A stretch of DNA of 61,428 nt, filler included, from Sphacelaria rigidula (taxonomy: Eukaryota): assembly GCA_964200075.2 (NCBI GenBank). It is 9 parts of 9 records of this genome, joined end to end, with 100 filler letters (N's around TTAATTAATTAA, not from the genome) between each part and the next. Parts side by side here need not be neighbours in the genome. Positions count along the whole stretch, not along the records: positions 34,185 to 40,920 come from CAXNAA020018341.1; positions 41,021 to 47,756 come from CAXNAA020018342.1; positions 47,857 to 54,592 come from CAXNAA020018343.1; 6 more parts are not named here. One strand, given 5' to 3'. Below the pieces are notes generated by a model that saw only the letters and a list, made by a program, of their open reading frames with translations, ran no database searches and was not told the origin of the DNA. Of the stretch, positions 37,433 to 48,838 are shown one piece after another. How positions within the stretch are numbered: the stretch's first letter is position 1; every line of letters begins with the position of its first letter. The translations under genes were made by a program, and so were the position numbers.

Positions 37433-38098
37433 GGCGTTTCGGTTGTCGTCGTTGAGACAAATGGTTCACGGGGAGTAGATGTATGGCCATTCTCTTTTGA
37501 ATGAAGTTGGGACGCAACTAATACCGTACAAATTTAGAGTTTCACGTACCATGTGACGGAGGGGGTACACGAAAATCCGCAAGCGTGGTAATGGTGCTAA
37601 CAAGTTGGACCACGGGCGAACCGTTCGATCAGAAGGCGAGAAAAATCTATCAGCATTTCGTCACGTCTCGGGGGAGAACGACCCCTTGGTTTGATAATCG
37701 TCGCACGACTCAGTCGCACATCGGGCGCATGGCCTGGGGGGGAGCAGAAGACCCAATTCGTATGTGTTCCGTCTCCCGCCCTTCACTGTGGTCACGGGGA
37801 GGTTATCTTGTTACCCGCTCACAAGGATCACTACACCGTGTGGCGTATTGGCATGATGTATGGACTCGAGTAATCTTTTTCGCGATTAATCGGGTATTTC
37901 CCCATGTGCGGGTCTGTGTGCAGTCGTCAATGGTGGTTGAAAGTTCCCTTTTCCTCGAATGTGTCGTTGCTGTACACACCTTCGGCGTGTTGGCGTCAAG
38001 GTATCGAGGGGTGGAAAAAGCTGCCCAGACAACTGAAGTATTCAACATGTGGATTGTCCAGAGATCGCTGCCTGCCCCGGCAGCTTGTTCACAATGAA

Positions 38099-40360
38099 TG
38101 AAGAGATGGTTTATTATCGGGAAACAAAAGAGAGTGACCCTCGAGGGGATCAAGAACTCCCACCTACAATGCCAAGAACCACACATCAAGCCAATCTCCC
38201 GCGGGATATTCTCAGTCTACAGTATCTCCCGCGGAACATTCTCAGTCTCGTTCTGGATAACGTTCCTTCCTACGGAGGCTTCCAAAGAAACATATCTTAC
38301 ACTACCCCGAAAGATATCTGCGAATAACAAGGGATATTACAAATTGGGGATGGATCTTTTATTGGGGATGAGAAGCCCGGAGAATTAAAATTTTCGTATC
38401 CCCACCAAATATTCGAAATATGGTTTCATTTCTTCACCTACTGATGGCTATTGACACCTGCTACACCCCATACAAATTTGGATTTTGATCACCGAAATGT
38501 TGGGGTCCTAGGAAAAAGCCAACTTTGGGGAATTCCGGGTGTCCCTTCGGACGCCAAAATGGTTCCGAAATTGGTTCTTCACCTTGGACCCCAACATTTC
38601 GATGATCGAAATCCAAATATCTATAGGGTGTAGCAGTTGTCAATAGCTATTAGTAGGTGGAGAAATGGAACCATATTTCGAAGATTTGGGGTGGATACGA
38701 AGATTTTAATTCTCCGGGTTTCTCATCCCCAAGAAAAGATCCATCCCCGAATTGTAAGATCCCGTGTTGTATGCAGAATTGACCAACATACGAACACCCT
38801 CCCTTGGGCATTTGCTACATCAACAAGTAGCTTTCTTTGATCAACTCTCAGAACTCTTGACAAATAGATATCGCTTCACAATACCCAACGAAAAATTTCG
38901 ATGGTGGACGAAAGCTCCGCGAGGTAACGCTTTGGTCAGAATATCAGCGTGTTGCTCGTTACTCCGTACGTGTTCCAACGTTATCCTCTTTTTGTCCACT
39001 AACTCCCTCGGAAAATGATGACGAATATCTACATGCTTGCTGTTGGACGAGCTTATTGGATTTTCAGGTAAAGCAATCGCACCTTCGTTATCCTTCAACA
39101 CCCTGGTGGTCCTTGCTTCCCTGTCAACTAAAAGGAAATCCACAATGCCGTCTACAAACAAAGCTTTTTTGACACCATCCCCCATAGCCACATACTCTGC
39201 TTCCGTGGTCGAAAGTGCAACGCCCTTCTGCGCCCTGGAGTACCATGCTTCTGGTGATCTACCACACAAAACTGCACCACCCGATACCGATTTCCTCGCC
39301 TCGTCATCCTTCCCGTGGTTCGCATCCACGTACGCTGTTGTTCTTACGTCTACACCAGGTCCTACACGATATGTCAGCCTTAAGTCCACCGTTGAATGCA
39401 GGTAGTCGAAAATCTTTTGTACTACCTTCCAGTGGGTTTCCTTCGGGTCGTGCAAGTGTCGCGCCACGGCTCTCACTGCGTTGGAGATGTCAGGTCTGGT
39501 TTGATTGGCAATCCACATCAAACAACCCGCCATTTCGCGAAACGGCACATTCTTGACACCTGTGTCGTCATTCACCTACCTGAAATTCATAGAAGTAGAG
39601 GCGGAAAGAGAGCTGGAGCGGCAAATATCAAAACGTTCAAGTGCGCTTCTAATGTAATTGTCTGTGGTAACTCAATAACCCTGTTCTCTCCTTGCCACGC
39701 TTGTACTCCACTCCCATGTACCATGTGAGATCGCTTAGATGCTTAGTTGGCAGTGTGTCATTTAGTGCTTCCACTACTATCTTACCCACACGTGCCCCTC
39801 CAAAAATGATATAATCTACATGCAGAACGACTGCTCCTACCAACTTACCATCCACTAGCAATCGCAATAGACATGGATCCGACACATGGATCCGACAGGC
39901 ACTGTTCGAAACCAATTTTCACCAGTCTCGACACTAACATTTTGTAGAATTATCTGGCAACCTGCTTATCAAGTCCATAAATGGATCTAATCAGGCGGAC
40001 AATTTTTCCTGACATTGATCCGCAACCTGGGGGCAGCCTCATGTATATCTCATAGTCCAAATCCGACTGAATGAACGCCTGCTCGACGTCGAAATGACTA
40101 AGACCCCATCCATACGTGTTTGGCAACGCTACGGGGAAACGAATTGTTGCAGCACTTGCAGGAGGTGAAAACACCCCCAGGAAATCAATCTCGTGCCGTT
40201 GATTAGAACCTTTTGCTACAAGCCTAGCCATTGCCTTCAAGATTTCGCCGTTGACATCAGTTTTCCACTTGATTACCCATTACTGAGCGTTCACTATGTC
40301 ACTCCCTTCCGGAACCGATCCTACTAAGGTGAAAGTCCCTGCAGCAACCCCTTGAACTCT
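38099..40360 (-). mobile_element. Degenerate Ty1/Copia element (RT, RNase H, PPT, 3' LTR)
   Basis: ARLVAKG...HFDVEQAFIQSDL...RSIYGL; SDPCLL...HVDYII; TRPDISNAV...YVDANH...STTEAEYVA...SKHVDIRHHF...QHADILTKAL; PPT AAGGGAGGG (38797-38805), then LTR TGTT...AATAAA...CA at about 38796-38099. Confidence 0.92.
38328..38766. mobile_element. MITE with about 180-bp TIRs inserted in the Copia 3' LTR
   Basis: CAAGGGATATTACAAATTGGGGATGGATC... versus ...GATCCATCCCCGAATTGTAAGATCCCGTG. Confidence 0.85.
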
Positions 40361-42983
40361 AAATTCATAGCCCCCTCCCAAAGGTCAGCATGTGCAGAGG
40401 CGCGGGCTTCGGCAATCGTTGTGGGCTCTGGCTTTTTGGTACACCCATGGACAGATAGCACCTTGTGGGGCGCACTGTGCAAGGTCCGTACAGGATCCTC
40501 CACAGTCTTTGTGAAAAAACCCTGAAAGTGAAAAAATGCAAAATCTGTACCCCTCGTAGCGTTTTGATGGGGGTTTCCCCAGGGTTGGATTTGCAGCCCT
40601 GTGTAGGCACGTCAGCAAAGCCCTACACAGTCATGTGGTAGTGTTTTGGTGGAAAAACCTCAAGTTTTTCTTTTGAAAATTTCAAATATTTTGGTACAAA
40701 ATCTGTAAATTAATATATAACAGCCGTTTTTTATTTTTTATTTTTATTTTATTTTGGGGTTCAACACTAAAATGGGGCTGAAGTCGCATTTCTCTCTTGC
40801 AGGGAAGATAAGAAACAGTAACACAGAGCGAAAGTATCTTCCCCCCCCAAACTCCGCAGGAGGACTTGACCGTCAGACCGCGAGAGTAGGTCACCTGCTG
40901 AATCGGCATCAATATTCACTNNNNNNNNNNNNNNNNNNNNNNNNNNNNNNNNNNNNNNNNNNNNTTAATTAATTAANNNNNNNNNNNNNNNNNNNNNNNN
41001 NNNNNNNNNNNNNNNNNNNNCGAAAATCTTTGAGAAACTAAGAAATTACGGATTCTGCATACTTCTGACGCTGACTACTGTAGCAACAAGCACTCTTGCA
41101 CATACTCTCATCAACCGGCATCCCGCGGCCCAAGCCATTGGCGTGACGCGAGACAGGGCGTATGGACGGGCCATGCGGTGAACGTGCGGAGGTGTGGATC
41201 TCCAGAGACTCGAATTGCCGTGGTCCGTGCGTCCAATTTCCGCGTGATGCAGTTTGGAAGCACAGGGCTTGCTGTAATTGGCACTCACGCTGCTCTGGGG
41301 CGACAGGTTTTTCGTGTGTGCATACACAAGGCACAACCGACCTGCTCGTGGTGTCGTCGCTTCGAATGCAATACCATAGCGTTTTTATAATTGTTCAAAG
41401 GCGGAGTTTCGTAGGTAATATGCATCCGGAAAAAGCAGGCTATCGGTGCCCCCCATATCTGGGGTACAGATGGAGTGACGCTCAGGGCAGTGCAACGTGT
41501 CTCGAAGATGAGTGCACAGAGTTGCCAGTGCAGAAACACGCCGTGGTAGATGTACACGAAAGCAGTTACCTTGAGGAAGGAGGGTCAGGCGTGAACAACA
41601 GGTGGAGAACAAGCGTACGCGTGAGGACAGAGCTCCAGAAACACGCAAAAGCCAATGTATCGACAAATACGGCACAAACTGCCATAGCGGATTTCACGAC
41701 ACATGAATATGGTGCTACAATTATTTAGCCGATGGCTGAAGTGAGCCTTGGAGTGAAACTTCAACCAAGATAATACGAACCGAGCGAAGCTGTCTTTGTC
41801 CAGAACGTGTTCCGCAGTATAATGAACGTTTCCTTGGTTTACGCACAAATATGCAACTTTAACAAAATACACCAACCACGCTGCGAAAACGGAAATTTGT
41901 ACGCCCCGTTCACAATTTTCAACCGTACCGCGAATCTCTGTTGCCGTGTCGTGCCGTATCGTGGAACAGATTATGCGTACCACGTTAAACCGTGCCGCGA
42001 CAGTGCAAATACCGATAACAAACGGGTTCCCACAATGAACTCACCATAACAAATCTGCTGCAATCGTACTATGTGTGGCCCAATGTGCAAATTGCCCCCA
42101 TTTCTCGGAGTAATATTTGTTGTCTTCAAGGTCCTTGCTATTGAGGCCGCTTCCTTTAATGCGACGACTAAGCAAAAGGTCGGCCAGTGACAGTCTTCCA
42201 AAGACAGCAGTTTCCGAAACCGTCTTGTACACCTTCGAAAACAAGTTGGTGCGTATGCCCACCCACCGTGATCCTTGAAATTGACAACTTGGTGTGCGAA
42301 ACAGCGGCCGCTGCACTGTCCGTTTTCCATAGCTATGTACTACACTGTCCCATCTGCACGGCAGCACTCCACGTACCCTGCAGTATGCTGCTGCCGTTGT
42401 GCCGCATGCACATACTGAACAACTATGTGCCACACCTGTGGGTACCGGGTGTACAGTTGCACAGCGGCACGGGTCGCAATGTAACGTTGCTGCATCGTAC
42501 ACTGTGCTGTCTGTTCTTGAAATGAGCCGCCGTATCTTTATGTATGTACCATCTGCACAACTCGCCGTACCATGCTTGATGGGAGCATTTTCGTGCTCCC
42601 CCGGGTCGACAAACTTGATTTTTTCGATAACAGTCGTTTCCCTCAACCCAATGGGGGCGAAAAGCATCTATTGGGGGCAATCCACATTCGGAGACGTTAT
42701 TTATCCATCTCTGGAAGGTCCCATAGAAACTGCTCTAGCAACATCTGAGTCAATCACCGGAAACACGTTCGTCAGACGGATGTTGTTGAACCAAAAGGAG
42801 CGGATTTGGAAGCGGTTGTTCAATAATAGTGTGCGCGTGTTTCGTCCTCGTATGCGATCACGGGTCTCAGCAAAGAAAATTCAAGTATCGAGTGAAAAGG
42901 AAACAAAGGCGTGAAGAAAACCGTCAACGTGCAAGGGGTAATAGCCGGCGACGTGGTGGAGCTTCTTGTTTGCACCTGGTTAA

Positions 42984-43273
42984 AACAGTGTTCTCGTGTG
43001 ATGGAGAGGAGACGATTGAGAGTGAGAAGCGGTCAACTAATAATGAGTAATTTGCAGTTCCGGAGTGTCCCTCCACGAGGCCCGGTACGGTTCCTGCAGT
43101 AGCTTGCCACTGCAGCCTTTGATATTCCCGAATAGGATATCGACGTGTAGCTGTAAGCACACGCCAGTGTTGCAGGCAAGCAAAGGCACACGGAGAATAA
43201 AAAGTTGGTCAAGTTGAAGCGAGGGATGGAACCCAATCTCAATCTCTACCCTCAATCCCACGAGAACATTGTT
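42984..43273. mobile_element. MITE family B, uninterrupted copy
   Basis: TIRs AACAGTGTTCTCGTG / CACGAGAACATTGTT; internal TAGGATATCGACGTGTAGCTG is shared with 31395-31415. Confidence 0.75.
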
Positions 43274-44325
43274 TCAGCGCAGTAGCCTTTAGCCCGTTTG
43301 AGGAATCGTTTCTGCGACTTCCGCCTCGGTTAAGAGACCGCACAAAAGTACAGGACGTGGTATTGTGTGGCGATAGTACAAGAGTCTAATGTAGTGTTCG
43401 GTGTGGTGTGGTGAGCCAGGCAACGTCAATATTACGCAAATAAATGGTGTTCGCAATTTTCGGTTCCAGCTGGGTTTTTTTTATTGACTGATTGATTGTC
43501 GCACTTTAACCGACCCCCGAGGGGTCCAGCCGTGGTCTCGTGATAGACGTACCCAACAAAAACGAAACTGAAACACGCCCTGAAAAAAAAATAAGGAACA
43601 GAACAAAACAAAAAGTTGAACAGTTGGTGTCGCCTGTATTCCTTGGTACGTTGATGCTTTGGTGAACGCATCCTAGCATGTTTTTGATTTTGCTTTTATT
43701 TGTGGCACCTGGGGATGCGGACACATGACCGCTGACAGGGTCGCAATTCATTCACCACCCTTTCCACGCTTACATGATTACAGTAGTCAACATCTGAAAT
43801 GACACATTTTCGTGTTTTTTTTCGTAATCGGGAATTGAACAGTGTGTCTTGACGTGCCACCACTTATCCCAGCACACATTCGGTCCCAACGTTTGGTGAT
43901 TGAGGGATACTCATCATCCCCTCTACATTTCAAGGGGAAAACACATATGTGCTCATCATAGAACAATTTACGGGGTGACCGGGAATCGGGAGTCTTCAGA
44001 TCACCCAGACCCAGGTTCTGCCCCTGAGTACTTTTGCTCGATTGAAACGATTCCTATCGTTTTCACGGACAGATAAAAATGATTGATTATTCGAATTTTC
44101 CCCTATTTATTGCGCCAGAGCTGAAAAATGTGTTTTTTGCACCAGTGACGGGCGATAACATCCCCTGATGAACAAGGAACTTACTCCGTATCTTCCTGAA
44201 AACATTAATCGACAATTGTGTTCTGAGCACGACCTGCTTGTCTCCCCGAATTCTATCGACCCGACGACATTTAAGCGCCAAGGACGGATACTACACAAGA
44301 AACTTCCAAACTCTGGACAATACGA

Positions 44326-45335
44326 TACGGCGTATGTAATATGTATTGCCCACTCAATGTGTCGACGCGTCGGGTGGTCAAAATATATTGGGCAAGCAAT
44401 ATGGTGACACGCGAGACAGGTCAGTATATATATATATATATATATATTGTGTCATCAATATGTGAAGTCTCGCGACATGCGAATGTTTCGACCAAACCAT
44501 GTATCACGACACGCGCCACCTCAACACATATTGGCCGAGTATCATGTTGGTGCGGTAAGGCGGTAAAATAAATTTGTCGAGCGATATGTCAGCTGCCACA
44601 CGGGGTCATTATATATTGACGATTCAATATACGCAACACCCGAAGCGCCAATATATATATCACCGCCCCAATAGGTCGTGCATCAATGCGTCCAATATAT
44701 ATTGGGCGAACAATACACGAGGGGACCGATCGTCACAAGACATACTGGTGTAAAAGTATTAGTGTTGTGGGCAGCTTCATGTCCGCGGGTGCCGTTGAAT
44801 CATGTATCACTAGATGTCCAAAACGCCCAATGTATCCCTCCGCGAGCGTATCCAACATATATCGGCTGCACGATAGCGATGTGATGAGCGTGCGTGCGCA
44901 ATACATATGGGAAAAACAAAACTTTTGCATGGTTCTTGTTCAACATGTATTAAGGCAATAATACATTACGCATCGCTTCGACGCAACATATATTGACACT
45001 TCAATACATACAAGGTCGGCACGAACAATATATATTGAATGTTTTGTTCCAGGAGCAAATGCATGTGCAGTATACATTGTCATGCAGTATATCACGATCA
45101 TGACGAGAGAATATATTTTGTTGCTTTCATGTCTCCGAGGACATCTCAACACAAAAATCATTGAACGATATTTACGCTGTCTCCAACATACAGTATTGGT
45201 TTCATATGGGAACATATTGTGTTGTCCTGGGTATAAGCAACACACCACTGGTGGCCACAGGGCTACCAAAAACGCATATCGACCCGCCTTTTTTTTGCTG
45301 TCGTACTCTTTGGCCAAGATATATTACATACCGTG
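44326..45335. mobile_element. Possible ~1-kb non-autonomous TIR element rich in ATATATTG motifs
   Basis: Termini TACGGCGTATGTAATAT / ATATTACATACCGTG. Confidence 0.4.
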
Positions 45336-45575
45336 AAGTGGATGGGCGGTACTGCACCGGTGGCCAGATAGGTAGCAGAACGCATATGTACCGGGTCGCC
45401 TCTTTTGTCACCTTAATTTCCGGCCGATATTCACATCAAACTCATCTGCGAAGTCTCCGTAGCCATTTACGAGAACTTCTGCGGTTTCATTTCAAGCTTT
45501 TCCCATCTGCACGGGCTCCCACATACATCGCGTCTGGATCTTTCTCAAAGAGTACACCACACTTATCAGCCGATC

Positions 45576-45825
45576 ACCCCCGTGGCTCAGATGGTACGCT
45601 CGAATCCTTCTGACGGTTGGGTCGTGGGTTCGAGTCTCGGAGCGGTCTGGATTTTTTCTCACATAATGCCCAACAGTAGGGAGCGACTTTGTCGTGGGCA
45701 CACAAAATCCGACTTGACGGTCAACGAGGGAAAGGGACTGCTGAACCTCTCTCGCGATAACAAAAAAAAGTCGGCACTGCAGAACGAAGATGGAGAACTA
45801 AAAACAAACAAAACAGAACAAACTC
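45576..45825 (+). mobile_element. tRNA-derived SINE (or tRNA pseudogene with an unrelated body)
   Basis: Pol III A box TGGCTCAGATGG (45583-45594) and B box GGTTCGAGTC (45627-45636) at tRNA-like spacing; poor acceptor stem; A-rich tail; 3' boundary approximate. Confidence 0.6.
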
Positions 45826-47700
45826 CAGTGTTGGCCTTCCCCCTGTGTGACCCCGGCTGGTGCGCCCACATATACCGAGAAGTGTAAACCGACGTCAAGA
45901 ATAAATGGGATGACAATGCTTATAATGTCGTATGGCCTCCCAGATTGGCGGGACCTTGCAGAGCCCATGTCCCTGGAGGACCGCGATACGGCCTTCAGTA
46001 CACGGGTTGCCGCAAGCGGTTGACGCGACAAGGTGGCAGAGTCATTGTCTCTCGACCCCTGCGAGATCCCACAATTGCCCCTATCGTCTGACATTGTCAA
46101 ATCACCACCATACTCGCCACTAGCGGTCGGCCGGCTAGCTTTGCTCGAATATGAGTCCATTTTCTACAGTTTTTGTCTGTCTTTTTTTCGACACAAACGG
46201 TTGCCTCGTTTTTCGTCATGCGGTAAAGACGAACACCTGAGAGCAGGGTTGGTGGGTCGTTTGTAGAGGGCAGGGAGCCACAGCTACACGTTTGCCCGGA
46301 CAGCTGAGAGCAACAGGGGTATGTTTGTTTTCCGTGGGCAACTGGCAGCCCTTCACTTTTCTCGCGGCTGACCGCCAACTATTGCACACATCCTGAGAGC
46401 TGACAAGCTTGTACACAACAGGGATATCTGAAACTCGAGGCTTCAAGTATATTTCACAGTAATCTACACTATAAAATCCCGGAGCTTCGAGCTTGAAATA
46501 CCTCCAACGTTCGTGGTTTGTTTGCTGGAGCTAGCTCACGGCATATTTTCGGTAAGAGTGGAACCTATTCATCAGCAAACGTAACCTCACGGCCAACTGG
46601 TCAGGTAACTCATGAATCGGACAGCAACCTGGAGAGGAACTCCATTGAAACGAGCTGGGAGATGTTGAAGCATACACGCGTCGTTCGAGAAAAAAAAGAG
46701 TCTGCAGTCGTCACGAGTGAAGCGTGTATGTACATTCAAAGCCTGAGAACAACAGGAGAAATGGATACAGAGGAGATATCCGTGCTCAAAAACCGGTAAT
46801 GTGGTATGTTGGCTGGCAGGGACCAAGAGGATACTGCCAGTTGCCCCTATTAACCTTCATTGGCACCCACCTTCGGGGGTGGTTGACATCAATAAAACAT
46901 GCTTCCCACCCCGCAAACCTGCCCCTTGCGCAAAGCCCTCTGAATACACCAACTCGAAAGCCGAGTACAAATCGAAATATTGACGATCGAGGGAATACGT
47001 GATTGATGGGAGCGGGATAGCTTCTCCTACCCCAACTGAACTAAATTGAATTCACACGAGTAATCATTTGTCCGGAATGACGAATGGTAAACAGGACCTG
47101 AAAGGGTCAGTGCTTCGGATATCTTTGCCTGTGATACCGAACATCAAAGCGACTATCAGCTAATGCGCTGAGAGCAGATTACTATACGTACGGAACGGTG
47201 GCCTGAACAGCCAGTCAGTTTCTGATGTGAGAGCAGGGAGAAAAACAGTGAAACTGCCGCACGACCGGAGTCCTGTTGCGTAGTACCGCCAGGTTCAACA
47301 TCGTTTCCCTATCCGCCCACTTCCTTAAATTCGAAGGGTGCCATGGAGTAAGGTGGGGCGATCCGACGTTGAGCGAGTAGCATTGTAACACCACGAATTG
47401 ATGTATACGGAATACAACACGAATCTGAGATTGGAAAGTTGACACAGTATTGCATGTGCTCACGCTAACAGATGCCTCCATGACAACTGTACCGTGGCGA
47501 CTGGAGAGACAGATTGTGACGGTTACAGCTGAGGAAAAGTATGGAATGCCTCCAAAATGAACTTGACATCCATGAGAAGAGAGGTCAACTGCCCTAGAAC
47601 GTCAATGATTCGGAGGGTGTGTGCGTTTCCCTCGTGAGGTGAACAGCAATGCAGCACGACGGCAGCACTTTCTCGCAGTACCATGGAGTTGGCCGCTGGA

Positions 47701-47756
47701 CGGGCGGGGGAGGGGGGAGGGGTACTCATGATCGTGCATGCCATAGTCATCAGACC
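47701..47756 (-). mobile_element. LINE 3' end adjoining a G-tract (cut by contig end)
   Basis: GGGGGAGGGGGAGGGGTACTCATGATCGTGCATGCCATAGTCATCAGACC. Confidence 0.75.
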
Positions 47757-47867
47757 NNNNNNNNNNNNNNNNNNNNNNNNNNNNNNNNNNNNNNNNNNNN
47801 TTAATTAATTAANNNNNNNNNNNNNNNNNNNNNNNNNNNNNNNNNNNNNNNNNNNNTTATTGCCAAG

Positions 47868-48432
47868 CACAATAGGATCTACCACGCGGCCACCAATACA
47901 TGTTGTTGGTCACAATAGGATACCCATTGCGCCCACCAATCTTTATTCAGGGTCACAATAGAATCTAAATCGCGACCATCAATATCTATTGCTGACCACA
48001 AAGGTAGCTGAATGGTGTCGATCACTGGCGCTATTTATGCACATTTTTCGATGTATGTTTCCGCCTTATTCCATAGAGGCTATGGCCAGCTATCGCCTCA
48101 GGTCGTTGCGTGTTCATGTGTAAGGGGTATTGCCGTTGGTGTCATGAGACCACTGCACTGAGCAATCTATTTTTCAAAACCGATCGGTGGCGTCACTGGA
48201 TATCGATAGGTGCTCCCGAGAGCAATCGTTTGTTGACGGCAATGCCCATATTGGTAGATACCAAAAAATGCATCGGCATTTTTTGGCGGCAATAGCTATC
48301 GATGGATAACTCACTTCATCTATTGATGACGGTAATGGCTATCGATGGATGGCTCACCAAACCCATTGATGACGGCAATGGCTATCGAAGGATGGCTCAC
48401 CAAACCTATTGATTACGGCAATGGCTATCGAT
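47868..48432. repeat. Two diverged 43-bp tandem arrays
   Basis: Units start at 47868/47911/47954/47997 and at 48290/48333/48376/48419. Confidence 0.8.
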
Positions 48433-48732
48433 ATATACAACCCAGAATCTATTTAGGTACACCATTTCCATCGATGGCGAGTGATCTTCGTCTATTGTAA
48501 TTGCCATAGACTATCGATCGACTATTGCAGCATCTATTGTTCCTTGCAATGCATATCATCTTTCACCATCTATCGTGTTCGATAATATATTTCGATAGAT
48601 TTTTCCCCGTGTCTCTTGCTGAAGATTTGAACTATTATTGTGTCCATTGTCCAGGGTGTGCTACTTTGTATGACCTGCTTTCGCGGGCAATGAACTATGC
48701 TGTCTTCCGTGCTGGCGCGTTGGCACGTTCAG

Positions 48733-48838
48733 GTGAAGGCAGCAGTAGACAAGGCAATAGCGGAAGATGCAGAGGAGATGAGAAAAGCGGAGGAGGAGGC
48801 TGCGGCGATGGAGGGAGCGGTTGACGCGGAGGTTGTAG
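48733..48838 (+). CDS. Possible internal exon, acidic helical segment of an unknown protein
   Basis: TTCAG acceptor; VKAAVDKAIAEDAEEMRKAEEEAAAMEGAVDAEVV; GTGGGT donor. Confidence 0.4.

Noticed and set aside
45576..45650. Functional tRNA gene
   Set aside because: Acceptor and D stems pair poorly; treated as a SINE head
47868..48432. CRISPR-like array
   Set aside because: Whole units repeat with no unique spacers, there are no cas genes, and the context is eukaryotic
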